Numbered from the stretch's first letter, positions 8,779 through 18,588 are shown. The stretch is DNA of 39,141 bases from Candidatus Bathyarchaeota archaeon (GCA_963772455.1 CAVYXJ010000023.1:1-39141); one strand, 5' to 3'. Numbers and translations: made by a program. Notes: generated by a model not told the origin, from the letters alone.

Positions 8779-11066
8779 GACTTAAAACTCAAAATTTACT
8801 CAGCATAATAATATTCTCCATCTTGATTGTCATAATTGCAGCATCAGTTGTCGTTACTTCACAACAAACAGCCCAGTTAAACAATCAACAGACAATTTCC
8901 CATGACATACAAACCCGAGCAAGTAACCTCCAATACCTTTCAAACGACTATTTTCTGTATCAAGAAAACCCTGTATTGAACCTGTGGCAAACAGAATACA
9001 ATTTACTTTTAGCAGACCTTTTAAAACTTAATGTCAACAACCCTGCGCAGCAGATAATGGTTAACAACGTGAAGAATGACTCGCAACTTCTCATTAACAG
9101 ATGGACTGACGTAACAGCTTACCTCGCAAATGCTGATCGAAACGTTAGCGTTAGAGTTTTGCCTGCATTCCAGGCTATTTCGAGCAGAATGTCTCTACAA
9201 AACCAAGCATTACTCTTCGACAATCAACAATTGTCACAAAGTTTCCAAAGGCAAATCGACCAACTTAATGGCACTAGTCTAATTCTTATTTTCGCTATGC
9301 TGGCGGTGTTTGGTACATACTTTATCACATATTATTTAATAATCTTCCGAAACACCTTAAAATCTATCTCAGAATTGCAATCTGGAATAGCGGTTATCGG
9401 TTCAGGAAACTTTGACCACACTTTAAACGCTGAAAAGAAAGATGAAATCTCTGATATTTCAAAATCTGTTAATCAAATGGCGGCCAACTTGAAAACTATA
9501 ACGGCTTCTAAAACAGACTTAGAACAAGCCCAAATTTCTTTACGTGCAAGTGAGCAGCGTTGGGCAACTACACTGTCAAGCATTGGAGATTCAGTAATAG
9601 CTACCGATGAGTTGGGTGCTGTCACATTTATGAATGTGATAGCTGAGCAATCAACGGGGTGGACTCTTGGAGAAGCTTTAGGAAAACCGCTCAAAGAAGT
9701 ATTCCACATAATTAATGAGGAAACTCGATTGGAAGTTGAGAGCCCATTTGTCAAAGTTATGCAGAATGGAGTTATTGTTGGTTTGGCTAACCATACGATT
9801 TTAATTCGAAAAGACGGATTAGAAGTTCCTCTTGATGACAGCGGTGCACCTATAAAAGACGAAACAGGCAAGATCACGGGTGTTGTTATTGTATTTCACG
9901 ATATTACCGAACGCAAGAAAACAGAAGAAGCAATGGTGAAACAAGCTGAATTAATCAATCTAAGCCCCGATGCCATTATTGTGAGGAAAATAGATGGCAC
10001 TATAACTTTTTGGAGTGACGGTGCAGAGAAACTTTACGGTTTCTCAAAAGATGAAGCTATTGGACAGGATATTAACAAATTATTGAACACAAAATTACCT
10101 CTACCGTTATACGATATACAAAGAAAACTTGAACAAGAAGGAAAATGGTCAGGAGAAGTTGTCCATTTCTGCAAGGATGGAAATAAATTGTTTGTGCAGA
10201 GTTATTGGTTGGGTAAATTTGGTTCAGACGGAAAAATCTATGAAATGCTGGAGTCAAATGTTGACATTTCCCCGCGAATAGAGATGCAGTTTAAACTTGA
10301 AGAGTCAACTGTTAGGCTTGAAGAATACTCAAATCAAATGGAAAATCTCGCAAATCAAAGAGCAGCCCAGCTCAAGGACTCTGAGCGTTTAGCAGCTATT
10401 GGCGCAACTGCAGGCATGGTTGGTCACGATATTCGAAATCCACTTCAGGCAATAACTGGAGATATTTACTTAGCGAAAACCGAATTAGCATCTTTACCTG
10501 AGGGTGATGAGAAAAATAACATTCAAGAGAGCTTAACTGAGATTGAGAAAAACGTTGATTACATTAACAAAATAGTCGCTGACCTCCAAGACTACGCAAG
10601 ACCTCTTAATCCTCGAGCACAAGAAACAAACATAAAATCGTTATTCAATGAAATCTTGGCAAAAAATGGGGTTCCCAAAAACATCAAGGTAACTGTTCAA
10701 GTAGAGGATAAAGCCGAGAAAATTATGGCTGACCCTGACTATCTCAAGCGCATAGCCGCCAATTTGATACTTAATGCAATCCAAGCTATGCCTAATGGAG
10801 GTAAACTTAATGTTCGGGCGTATACCGATAAGCAAACTAATGAAGTTTTGATAACTGTTAAAGACACCGGAGTTGGTATCCCTGAGAACGTTAAACCTAA
10901 ACTATTTACGCCGATGATGACGACCAAATCTAAGGGTCAAGGATTCGGATTAGCGGTAGTTAAACGCATGACTGAAGGCTTAGGAGGAACTGTAGACTTT
11001 GAAAGCACAGAAGGAAAAGGCACAACCTTCCTTGTACGTTTACCCTCACAAAAAGCTAAACTGTAA
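8775..11066 (+). CDS. Membrane sensor histidine kinase (TM-extracellular domain-TM-HAMP-2xPAS-HisKA-HATPase)
   Basis: H box GHDIRNPL, N box NLILNAIQAM, DTGVGI, GQGFGL; HAMP-like KDEISDISKSVNQMAANL; two PAS/PAC; ATGA overlap with the upstream gene. Confidence 0.92.
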   Translation: MRLKTQNLLSIIIFSILIVIIAASVVVTSQQTAQLNNQQTISHDIQTRASNLQYLSNDYFLYQENPVLNLWQTEYNLLLADLLKLNVNNPAQQIMVNNVKNDSQLLINRWTDVTAYLANADRNVSVRVLPAFQAISSRMSLQNQALLFDNQQLSQSFQRQIDQLNGTSLILIFAMLAVFGTYFITYYLIIFRNTLKSISELQSGIAVIGSGNFDHTLNAEKKDEISDISKSVNQMAANLKTITASKTDLEQAQISLRASEQRWATTLSSIGDSVIATDELGAVTFMNVIAEQSTGWTLGEALGKPLKEVFHIINEETRLEVESPFVKVMQNGVIVGLANHTILIRKDGLEVPLDDSGAPIKDETGKITGVVIVFHDITERKKTEEAMVKQAELINLSPDAIIVRKIDGTITFWSDGAEKLYGFSKDEAIGQDINKLLNTKLPLPLYDIQRKLEQEGKWSGEVVHFCKDGNKLFVQSYWLGKFGSDGKIYEMLESNVDISPRIEMQFKLEESTVRLEEYSNQMENLANQRAAQLKDSERLAAIGATAGMVGHDIRNPLQAITGDIYLAKTELASLPEGDEKNNIQESLTEIEKNVDYINKIVADLQDYARPLNPRAQETNIKSLFNEILAKNGVPKNIKVTVQVEDKAEKIMADPDYLKRIAANLILNAIQAMPNGGKLNVRAYTDKQTNEVLITVKDTGVGIPENVKPKLFTPMMTTKSKGQGFGLAVVKRMTEGLGGTVDFESTEGKGTTFLVRLPSQKAKL

Positions 11067-11082
11067 ATCAAGATTTAGGGGT

Positions 11083-11406
11083 TTATTTTTTGAATAATTT
11101 TCTAATTTTCCATAATTGCCAAAAAAACAGACCCCAGAAAGCAACAGTTACCCAAATTAACACTCCAGATCTAATCGCGTACGTATAGTATTGTATGTCG
11201 ATTTGATTTAGAGGAGTTAGCAATTGACCAGCGATCCCAGAAGGCAAATAAGGCCACGGAATAAATGAGCCACCTAAAGTGTTAGGCCAAAAAAGGTGCT
11301 CCTCAATCTCATAGACAGAAGAAGCCATATAATGAGCACTTGCGGTGTATACTGTTAAAAATACTGAAACAATAAACAGTAAAACTAATGTTACCTTATT
11401 GTTCAT
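11083..11406 (-). CDS. Hypothetical membrane protein
   Basis: Hydrophobic helices at both ends, basic tail, GGGGT RBS-like site upstream. Confidence 0.6.
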   Translation of the reverse strand: MNNKVTLVLLFIVSVFLTVYTASAHYMASSVYEIEEHLFWPNTLGGSFIPWPYLPSGIAGQLLTPLNQIDIQYYTYAIRSGVLIWVTVAFWGLFFWQLWKIRKLFKK

Positions 11407-11649
11407 TTTATGACCCCAAGGTCATACTTGTTTGTAAAGGTTAAGAATCTAACTGTTTACTGACTATAACCATTTCATTTGATAGAGGAGCTCTAGTAAA
11501 TTTCAGCCCACATCTAATTCATCAAAGGTTAGAAGTCCACCTATCCAAATACGAAAATATTGCTATTGTTAATCAAGAACCTTTGATTAAGTACATTGAC
11601 ATAAAACTTAAATCATCATTGTTTCGAAGTAGTTACATGAGGGGAAAAA

Positions 11650-12150
11650 ATGAATAGAAATCAAATCATAGGATTAGTCGCTATTGTTATTGTTATGGCT
11701 GTTGGTTTCCCAACCGCTTTCATTTTACAATCATCGTTGGCTCCAGCTCAAAATCCAACAGGGGCGATGGATTTTACTGTTAACGCAAAAAGTGATTGCT
11801 TACGATTTCTAAACAGTTCAGTACCGACAATTTACATTCCATTTACAGTTGCTGCAAATGAAAACTGGGAATTAACTATTAATTCTACAAAAATGCCTGG
11901 TGGGTTAAACGGTTGGACTGATGTCTACATTTACAAAGGCTATTGGGATAAAGGCAATAACAATACGTGCACGGCAGGCGATTTATACCCAATTATAAGC
12001 GATATTCAAAACGCTGATTTTGAGATAAAAACAAACGAGCCTTACATAGAAACCTTCGGAGAATCAACACAGCAAAGCTATACAGTATTCTTTTTGGTTC
12101 CTCCAGGTGGACCCGCTTCATTCCATGTAACTCTAATAAAGTTAGTTTAG
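11650..12150 (+). CDS. Hypothetical membrane-anchored/secreted protein
   Basis: N-terminal TM, beta-rich body with two Cys; GAGGGG RBS-like site upstream. Confidence 0.7.
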   Translation: MNRNQIIGLVAIVIVMAVGFPTAFILQSSLAPAQNPTGAMDFTVNAKSDCLRFLNSSVPTIYIPFTVAANENWELTINSTKMPGGLNGWTDVYIYKGYWDKGNNNTCTAGDLYPIISDIQNADFEIKTNEPYIETFGESTQQSYTVFFLVPPGGPASFHVTLIKLV

Positions 12151-12190
12151 AGGAAAAATTCTGAAGTCTTTTCTTTTCTTAACTATTTTT

Positions 12191-12826
12191 TTGCTATTTT
12201 TAGTTACTTTTGTCGGATTTGTTCAAGCATCAAATTTACAATCCGAATCGTTTCCTCTAATTGAATCTGCTTCTGTTTCAAGATCAGTATTTGCTACTGA
12301 AGGCGACCGACTTGTGGGTAACTTTTCAGTTTCTAACATACCCATATGGATTGACTCTACCACTGGAGACTCTCAAACGATTCAATATTCATTTAAAGTT
12401 TCCAAGATTGAAGGTTTAGAAAAATGTCCCACGGATATCGTTCTCTATGAAGTATACCAAACTAATAATGCGTCATTTGATGTGTACTGTGAATATACAG
12501 GTGACTACAGGTTAAGGTTCAATGTTGGAATTGGAGCTTCAGATTTGGGAATTGGGAACATGCAAGCAACTCTCAATTATGATGTGATTAAAAGTTCATC
12601 TGAACAGCCGTCAAATTCTTTATTGCCAACCCCAACTCTAACGCCATTACCAAAATCTACTGCAACGCCTAATCCTTCATTTTCAATCCCAGAAATCCCC
12701 TCTTTGACAATTCTCTTGCTACTAAGCATAATGTTGGCAATTGCTAGTTTGCTGGTGTCAACCATAAAGATACAAAACAAGCATGATCCTGCTTTGATTA
12801 TGAAAAAGGTTTTTTTAAATAGTTAG
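12191..12826 (+). CDS. Secreted protein with Pro/Thr linker and PEF-CTERM-like C-terminal anchor
   Basis: The hydrophobic signal segment extends in frame to a CTG at 12161; PTPTLTP linker, then IPEIP + TM + basic residues. Confidence 0.65.
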   Translation: MLFLVTFVGFVQASNLQSESFPLIESASVSRSVFATEGDRLVGNFSVSNIPIWIDSTTGDSQTIQYSFKVSKIEGLEKCPTDIVLYEVYQTNNASFDVYCEYTGDYRLRFNVGIGASDLGIGNMQATLNYDVIKSSSEQPSNSLLPTPTLTPLPKSTATPNPSFSIPEIPSLTILLLLSIMLAIASLLVSTIKIQNKHDPALIMKKVFLNS

Positions 12827-12871
12827 AAAGTTACATATAATTTATTAAAACAAGTTATAGACGATTTTATT

Positions 12872-13099
12872 ATGAAAGAAAACACAAGGATTCTGCTTAA
12901 AAAATCAGTTGTCAAAGAACTAAAGAACATTAAGAAATATCCACGAGAGACTTATAACGAAACTATTTCAGAATTAATTAAATTGGCAAAAGAATCAAAA
13001 AAAAGAACAAACTACGACATGTTTTTGAATAGAATTCAGAAGACTAAAATGAAAGAGCTATGGGATAATTCAGATGATGAGGCTTGGCAAGATGGATAG
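12872..13099 (+). CDS. Putative antitoxin (RHH-like N-terminus, acidic WDNxDDEAW tail)
   Basis: TRILL...ETYNETISELI ribbon-helix-helix-like pattern; ELWDNSDDEAW tail resembles antitoxins paired with PemK/MazF toxins; overlaps a toxin remnant. Confidence 0.6.
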   Translation: MKENTRILLKKSVVKELKNIKKYPRETYNETISELIKLAKESKKRTNYDMFLNRIQKTKMKELWDNSDDEAWQDG

Positions 13100-13310
13100 A
13101 GGGTGTTTTAGCTGAATAATTAGCTTCAAAGATGAAAGTGTTACCGCTTACCAAAAATAAAGGTGCCATAAAAGACAGCGTCATAAAATTAAATTACATC
13201 TTCACTGTTTCACAAGAAATGGTTTCTAAAGTTGTCTTTCACTTAAGTAACGAAAAGAAGACCTCATATTTGAGAAATTAACTGAGAAAATTGGCGAACT
13301 CAAAACGTAA
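13092..13310 (+). pseudogene. PemK/MazF-like toxin remnant
   Basis: Overlapping ATG (MDRG...) stops after 7 codons. 13132 onward reads MKVLPLTKNKGAIKDSVIKLNYIFTVSQEMVSKVVFHLSNEKK, then shifts frame to LIFEKLTEKIGELKT*, resembling the PemK C-terminal half. The N-terminal RP motif is missing. Confidence 0.6.
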
Positions 13311-13335
13311 TCAACCAAATTAATACCTTACATTA

Positions 13336-14268
13336 TTAATCTTGGATAACTAAAGAAATCTTGTCGGAATCAACTTGAGTTAACAAATTTGACATGGTTT
13401 TCTTAAATTTGTTTCTGACATACAATAAAACGCCAAATACTCCTCCAAATATGGCAACAACAGGTGCAATACCAAGTAATAACGTAATTTCACGTCCAGA
13501 AACAATCTTGTGGTTGACTATTTGCTGCATTCCAAAAGTATTCGTACTTGTTAAGATATAGAGCCATAAAATCAGAAGAGGCATTGAAATCATAAAAGCT
13601 GAATAGATTGCTAGACCTGTGCGTCTAAACTTTTTCATCACATTGAGTATTTGTTGAAGAAGTTGTTTGGAAGAATAATCAATATTTTCTTTCTTTTTTA
13701 GTTCCTTGATATATAATCCGGAATATCCAACATGCAAATATAGCGAAGATAGGTCTTTTGAAACTAAGTCTCGTATGAAGTAATAGAATCTGTCCATCAC
13801 GTTTGGATTCTGAACTTTCCAATAATGAATACCATAAACGAAAACGAAGAGCATTACTTCATTTTCTTTCTCAAATTTGTTAAAGTACCAACCGCTTGAA
13901 CCTAAAATTGCAATGATGAACGGGAAAAACGCATAAACGCCAAAGGGCAGAGACTCTGATGCTCCAATAAGTTGTGTAACAACTAACCAAGGTAAAGCAA
14001 ATATGGCAATTCCAATAGGCAATACTGTCCAAACGTATGTTTCTGTATTTTCATGTAGTTTTGGAATTACTGTCTTAGTTTCAAATAAGCCAAATAGCAA
14101 ACCTGCTATAACTCCAAATAACAAATAAAGTTGGCGTGTTGTTGTGAACCACTTTAGGTTAATTGAAACAAAAACAAGCATTATACCAAAAGAAAAGGCA
14201 GTCACTATGAATGCTATCAGTCTGAATTTGCCTAAGGGGTAACCAATTTTTGCGAATTTTGGAATCAT
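13336..14268 (-). CDS. Hypothetical multi-pass membrane protein
   Basis: 310 aa; four N-terminal TMs, a soluble segment, two further TMs. Confidence 0.7.
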   Translation of the reverse strand: MIPKFAKIGYPLGKFRLIAFIVTAFSFGIMLVFVSINLKWFTTTRQLYLLFGVIAGLLFGLFETKTVIPKLHENTETYVWTVLPIGIAIFALPWLVVTQLIGASESLPFGVYAFFPFIIAILGSSGWYFNKFEKENEVMLFVFVYGIHYWKVQNPNVMDRFYYFIRDLVSKDLSSLYLHVGYSGLYIKELKKKENIDYSSKQLLQQILNVMKKFRRTGLAIYSAFMISMPLLILWLYILTSTNTFGMQQIVNHKIVSGREITLLLGIAPVVAIFGGVFGVLLYVRNKFKKTMSNLLTQVDSDKISLVIQD

Positions 14269-14340
14269 GAATAAATCACATTGGTACGATTCAACATAGG
14301 ATATTAAAAATTTATAATTCTTTGCTTAATGTTTTGGAAC

Positions 14341-14568
14341 CTACCTTTGTTCGCTTCCAAATCTTCTATAAATGAGAAAGCCTATAAAGCCTCCAATAAA
14401 TGGGCCTATACTAAAACTGAAGAATATCCAATCGTTAAAAGTTCCAAAGAAATGTAGTTTCAGCCAAACAAGTAATAATCCTCCTCCAAAGAAAAGAAGA
14501 ACCCCTCCAAGCCAAGCGCAAAACATAACAGTAACTAAAGCTGAGGCGAAACCTGATTTCAATTTCAT
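14341..14568 (-). CDS. Small two-TM membrane protein
   Basis: Gly-rich hydrophobic helices; TATA-like tttatat upstream on the minus strand. Confidence 0.55.
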   Translation of the reverse strand: MKLKSGFASALVTVMFCAWLGGVLLFFGGGLLLVWLKLHFFGTFNDWIFFSFSIGPFIGGFIGFLIYRRFGSEQR

Positions 14569-14682
14569 AGTATTATTACCCTTTATTCAATAATATAAAA
14601 TAAATGCGTAATTTACAAACTACACTAACCAGCCAAAAGTTATAAGCTCTAAACAGCATATCGACAAACAGAGGACAAACTA

Positions 14683-15474
14683 ATGGAAACCAAAAATCTC
14701 CAACGCGAACTCTCTATAGGCGAAATTATAACAGACACATTCAGTTTATATTCGCGAAATTTTGCACATTATCCAGTTCCCTTCTTAATTGCAGCCATCT
14801 TAACCGGATTAGTAACTATAATTGTGAATTTAGTCATAGTTATTCCTGAAGCGCCCTCTAATCCTACATCCTCATTACTAGTAGCGTGGTTTCCTACCTT
14901 CATAACAGCAAGCATAACGTCCATATTTTTATCAGGAATCGTTAGTTGGATTACCAGCAGCTTCACATCAGGAATAACAATAAAATTCACTTCAGATATT
15001 TTGGAGAGTGGACAAGCAAACTTGCAAAAATCTTTCCAGTTCACCTTAACGAAGGTACTTTATCTGTTGGCAGCAAGCATTGTCACAGTTACTCTTATGG
15101 TTCTTGGATTTATTGCATTAATTATTCCCGGAATAATCATCGCACTAATGTTTTCACTTGTTAACCCAGCTATAATGCTTGAAGGAACAGGCATTGTTGG
15201 AGGCCTTTCTAGAAGTCGCGTTCTCGTAAGCAACAGATGGCTTAAAACCTTCGGATTATTTCTCGTGGTTGGCATTATTGTTGCCGTAGTAAATGGGGTA
15301 GCTGTATTAATCGCTGGTCTATTTGGATTTGTCAGCCCTCTAATAGAAGGCATCCTGACGGCGTTTATAACACCAATTATCCCCATAGCCACAACACTCT
15401 ACTATTATTCGATGAAAGCAAGAACACTTCAAACCCCGCCACTCCCACCTCCACCACCTCCTCAAACCTTCTGA
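14683..15474 (+). CDS. Integral membrane protein with poly-proline tail
   Basis: LSIGEII..TFSLY start, IIPGII and LSRSxxLV motifs of a widespread uncharacterised membrane family; ends PPLPPPPPPQTF. Confidence 0.8.
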   Translation: METKNLQRELSIGEIITDTFSLYSRNFAHYPVPFLIAAILTGLVTIIVNLVIVIPEAPSNPTSSLLVAWFPTFITASITSIFLSGIVSWITSSFTSGITIKFTSDILESGQANLQKSFQFTLTKVLYLLAASIVTVTLMVLGFIALIIPGIIIALMFSLVNPAIMLEGTGIVGGLSRSRVLVSNRWLKTFGLFLVVGIIVAVVNGVAVLIAGLFGFVSPLIEGILTAFITPIIPIATTLYYYSMKARTLQTPPLPPPPPPQTF

Positions 15475-15973
15475 AAAGCAAGTTTTTAGTATTGACTACA
15501 TAAATAATTTAGCAGGTTAGTCATCAGAAACTTCTACATCAAACAATTACATCAGTGAATCTTTTGGCTCATAAAGCGGCTCGAATAAAATACGCAATAA
15601 AGTTTTTATTTTTCCACGAAAATATTATCATAGCCATGAAAAATCAAAAGAAGAACCGCAAAGAGCGACGCAAAGAAATCTTGGCTGACATTCTATTTCA
15701 ACAAAGTCCTTAGCGGTTAAAAAAAAGCAAATTCTTCAGAGAAAATCAGCCTTGCAAGTTCTGGTGAAGGCTGAGTTAGTTAGCAAGAGCTATTGAATGA
15801 AATTTAATTGATTGACTGTAAATGCTAAAAAGGGTTTTTATTTAACAAGAAATAATCGATATGGAGTTTTTGCTCTAGTTTTCAAAGCAAAAAATCATAG
15901 CTCCAACAGAAATCTTGAAGTTTATAAGTCTGCAATCAAAATATTTTTTGTATAAATAATTATTTTTTCTAAT

Positions 15974-16192
15974 TTATGGCTTAAAGACAAGAATATATTT
16001 TTTATCTTTGTCCTCTTCAGCCACCAAGTTTTTTGCCTGCACAAAAGTGTAGATTGCCAAAAAATCATAGTCACCCTTAATTTTCAATTGATGTTTATCA
16101 GATTTTTTTTGTTCGATAGAAACAAAACTAGGATTAATCAACCCTCTAGCTACTAATTCTGTGAATATTGAAATTGTTTCTTTCCTATTCAC
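15974..16192 (-). CDS. Small hypothetical protein, paralog family copy 3
   Basis: GTG start at 16192 gives MNRKETISIFTELV..., which aligns with copies 1 and 2; the longer ORF-track N-terminus is probably spurious. Confidence 0.65.
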   Translation of the reverse strand: MNRKETISIFTELVARGLINPSFVSIEQKKSDKHQLKIKGDYDFLAIYTFVQAKNLVAEEDKDKKYILVFKP

Positions 16193-16405
16193 TAAGGTTC
16201 TCTCTTTGATTGTTTGGGGACGTACTATCCTAATAACACTTTGGTTAAATTGTTGTTCTACTTCACCTTTTATGGAGCAGACTAGTTTTGTTAAGACTAA
16301 ATCGCAATCAGTATAAAACAAATGCAAAGTTGTAGTCTCATGATACCCACAAGTATTTAAAAACAGCAATAAACCAAGTATTTTATTTGAAATGGGTTTA
16401 CGTGA

Positions 16406-16660
16406 ATGAATTTTATTGATGCATTAGATCTTATTAAGGAATTTCCCTATTGCCACCCCAAAATATTCAAAAGTTTTTTTGAATGGGGAATCTGTGACAT
16501 TGAAACAGAAGGCTACGTAATTTTAACTGATATTACTTTAGCTAAAGATCCAGTGTTCCCCCAACTGGAAGCTTACGCTAAGAGCCATGATTTGAGGGTA
16601 GATAAAGGTCAAGACTACTTGATTATTAGCACAGCCTGTTATGCTCATACTCACAGATGA
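16406..16660 (+). CDS. Small hypothetical protein, probable divergent paralog (copy 4)
   Basis: MNFIDALDLIKEF...LEAYAKSHDLRVDKGQDYLIIS resembles VREVAKKYSLSVQENLDEVIIYS of copy 1. Confidence 0.6.
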   Translation: MNFIDALDLIKEFPYCHPKIFKSFFEWGICDIETEGYVILTDITLAKDPVFPQLEAYAKSHDLRVDKGQDYLIISTACYAHTHR

Positions 16661-16759
16661 CAAAAAATTATGTTCTTTATTGAAGAGATTGAACCCAACA
16701 AAGAGACTCAGTTCAAGAAAGGATCTTATAGTCAATTAGTTGATTAACCAAAGATAGAA

Positions 16760-17668
16760 ATGATGAAGCATATTTATTCATGCGCAACTGTTTCATTACT
16801 TTTTCTAACATTTATCTCAGTTTCTGGTTTAGTTTCTGCAAACGATGAAAATGATTATTATCCAAGATTTGAAATAATTTCTCCAAAAGCAACAGTTTAT
16901 CACAATAGTACTGTAGACATTTTGGCGGTTGTTACTAAGCTAACAGACGAATCATATCCAATGATAGACGGTATTCGCTATACACTTAATGATTCAAACA
17001 TCTTTTCATATGAATTTACCAATTTTACATATAATGGAGTGGTTAACCTTCCAAATAACAAGACAGGGCATGAATATGTTGGCAGAGCTACTTTAGAAGG
17101 TCTGAAAGAAGGTAACTATACTATTAATGTTAGTTATGGTCATGGTAATAGTACATTTGGAAGTTGGTGGGGGTCTTCAGTTAATTTTAGGGTGATTTAC
17201 GGAGATTATGAGCCTTCAGTATTGCTTTCTCCCATTAACCAAACATATTACAGTTCAGATGTGCCAATAGTTTTTTCCGCTAACGAAGATTACGTTTATG
17301 CTTATTATTGTTTGAATGGTGGAAAACCTGTCTTTATTAAACCAAATACTATGATGACTAACCTTCAAGAAGGCTCCAACAACCTTTTGGTATTCATAAA
17401 ATTCAGAGATATCCATACTGATTTCAAGGTCAACTTTACAGTCGATTCAAATCCTGAGAACTTACAAAACTCATGTAAAGAGTTTATTCTCATAGGAGTA
17501 GCTGCAATAGCATTAGTTCTAATTGCATTAACTATTTTTAGAGAAATCCAGCGGAGAAAAACCAAAAATAGCAACCGAAGACTATTTCCCGACAACATTA
17601 ATCATAATTTTGATAGCTTCAGTTGCAATTATGGCCATAAGTCTAATTGTAATCTTCAATTAACCTAG
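16760..17668 (+). CDS. Cell-surface protein with two Ig-like repeats and a C-terminal TM
   Basis: Signal peptide; repeated IISPKATVY/LLSPINQTY...LKEG/LQEG...VNFxV units; many N-x-S/T sequons; TM followed by RRK. Confidence 0.75.
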   Translation: MMKHIYSCATVSLLFLTFISVSGLVSANDENDYYPRFEIISPKATVYHNSTVDILAVVTKLTDESYPMIDGIRYTLNDSNIFSYEFTNFTYNGVVNLPNNKTGHEYVGRATLEGLKEGNYTINVSYGHGNSTFGSWWGSSVNFRVIYGDYEPSVLLSPINQTYYSSDVPIVFSANEDYVYAYYCLNGGKPVFIKPNTMMTNLQEGSNNLLVFIKFRDIHTDFKVNFTVDSNPENLQNSCKEFILIGVAAIALVLIALTIFREIQRRKTKNSNRRLFPDNINHNFDSFSCNYGHKSNCNLQLT

Positions 17669-17683
17669 TGGAGGCGCAATAAT

Positions 17684-17818
17684 GTGAAGAAAACGTTGTT
17701 GACATTAGTTCTTTTTGTGTTTCTCCTCTTCATATTGAGCCTTCAAGCAGTCAATTCTGTGAAGGATATCCCTCGGTTAAAATCCCGCCAAAAGTCAATG
17801 AGCCAGAAACAAATGTAA
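17684..17818 (+). pseudogene. Signal-peptide-only gene remnant
   Basis: GGAGG RBS upstream, then GTG KKTLLTLVLFVFLLFILSLQAVNSVK and a stop after 44 aa. Confidence 0.4.
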
Positions 17819-17819
17819 T

Positions 17820-18275
17820 TCATTTGTGCCTTTCCGAAACTTGCTTTAATTTCTCAAGTGCCTTGGGCCACATTTCTTTAAACATATCGTAAAACTCGTC
17901 GTCAGCATCGGCATCTACTTCAAACTTCGTTGAATCGCCTTGTTGCGTGATAGTATAGTTCTCGAATGCAGGAATCCACTTCTTGGCTGCCTCGCTTGTT
18001 GTGTCTTCTTTGCTGCCCAAAACGATGCCGAGATGCCTAATCGAGATAAAAGAAGGCTTTCTACTTTCAGCTATTTCAGAGAACATTCCTTCTTTCTCCC
18101 CTTTTTCGTTTACCGCTAAAAACTGTATCTTATCACCTTTGTTCCAACCGCCTTCGAAGTAGGATCCTTCATGGAAGGCACTTGTCCATTCTCGATATTT
18201 CTTGTCGTCGACAATTGCGTTCCAAACTTCTTCGGGCTTTGCTTTGACGAGTATTTCAAAATGCATTTTCCGCAT
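17820..18275 (-). CDS. SRPBCC/AHSA1-like ligand-binding protein
   Basis: FEILVKAKPEEVWNAIVD...W...GGWNKG and terminal WPKALEKLKQVSE helix; ATG at 18275 preferred as start. Confidence 0.85.
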   Translation of the reverse strand: MRKMHFEILVKAKPEEVWNAIVDDKKYREWTSAFHEGSYFEGGWNKGDKIQFLAVNEKGEKEGMFSEIAESRKPSFISIRHLGIVLGSKEDTTSEAAKKWIPAFENYTITQQGDSTKFEVDADADDEFYDMFKEMWPKALEKLKQVSERHK

Positions 18276-18588
18276 AATATTCACGGGCAAACTGTAAGAT
18301 TGAAAAATATTAGCGTTTGTGATTGAGGTTTAACAGCAACAAAAATTCCTATCCAATGTTAACTAAAGAAATTGAAATGCGCTTCAAAAAACGATTAAAA
18401 ATAAGAGAACAAAATTAAGAATCACCTCAAAGATGAATTCATTAAACATAAAAAACGCTACTCTTGAAAAAAGATTCTATTATGCATCTTCAAATTGGGA
18501 TAAAAATTAATTTGATTGTTTGCTTTGGAATTGAAGAAAATATTTTAAAAGACTAAAAAAGGGGAAAGATAGTTTTTTGTTTGTGTGT

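Noticed and set aside
16193-16369. N-terminal 59 aa of ORF 15974-16369
   Set aside because: Paralog alignment begins at GTG 16192; the extension runs through the divergent promoter region.
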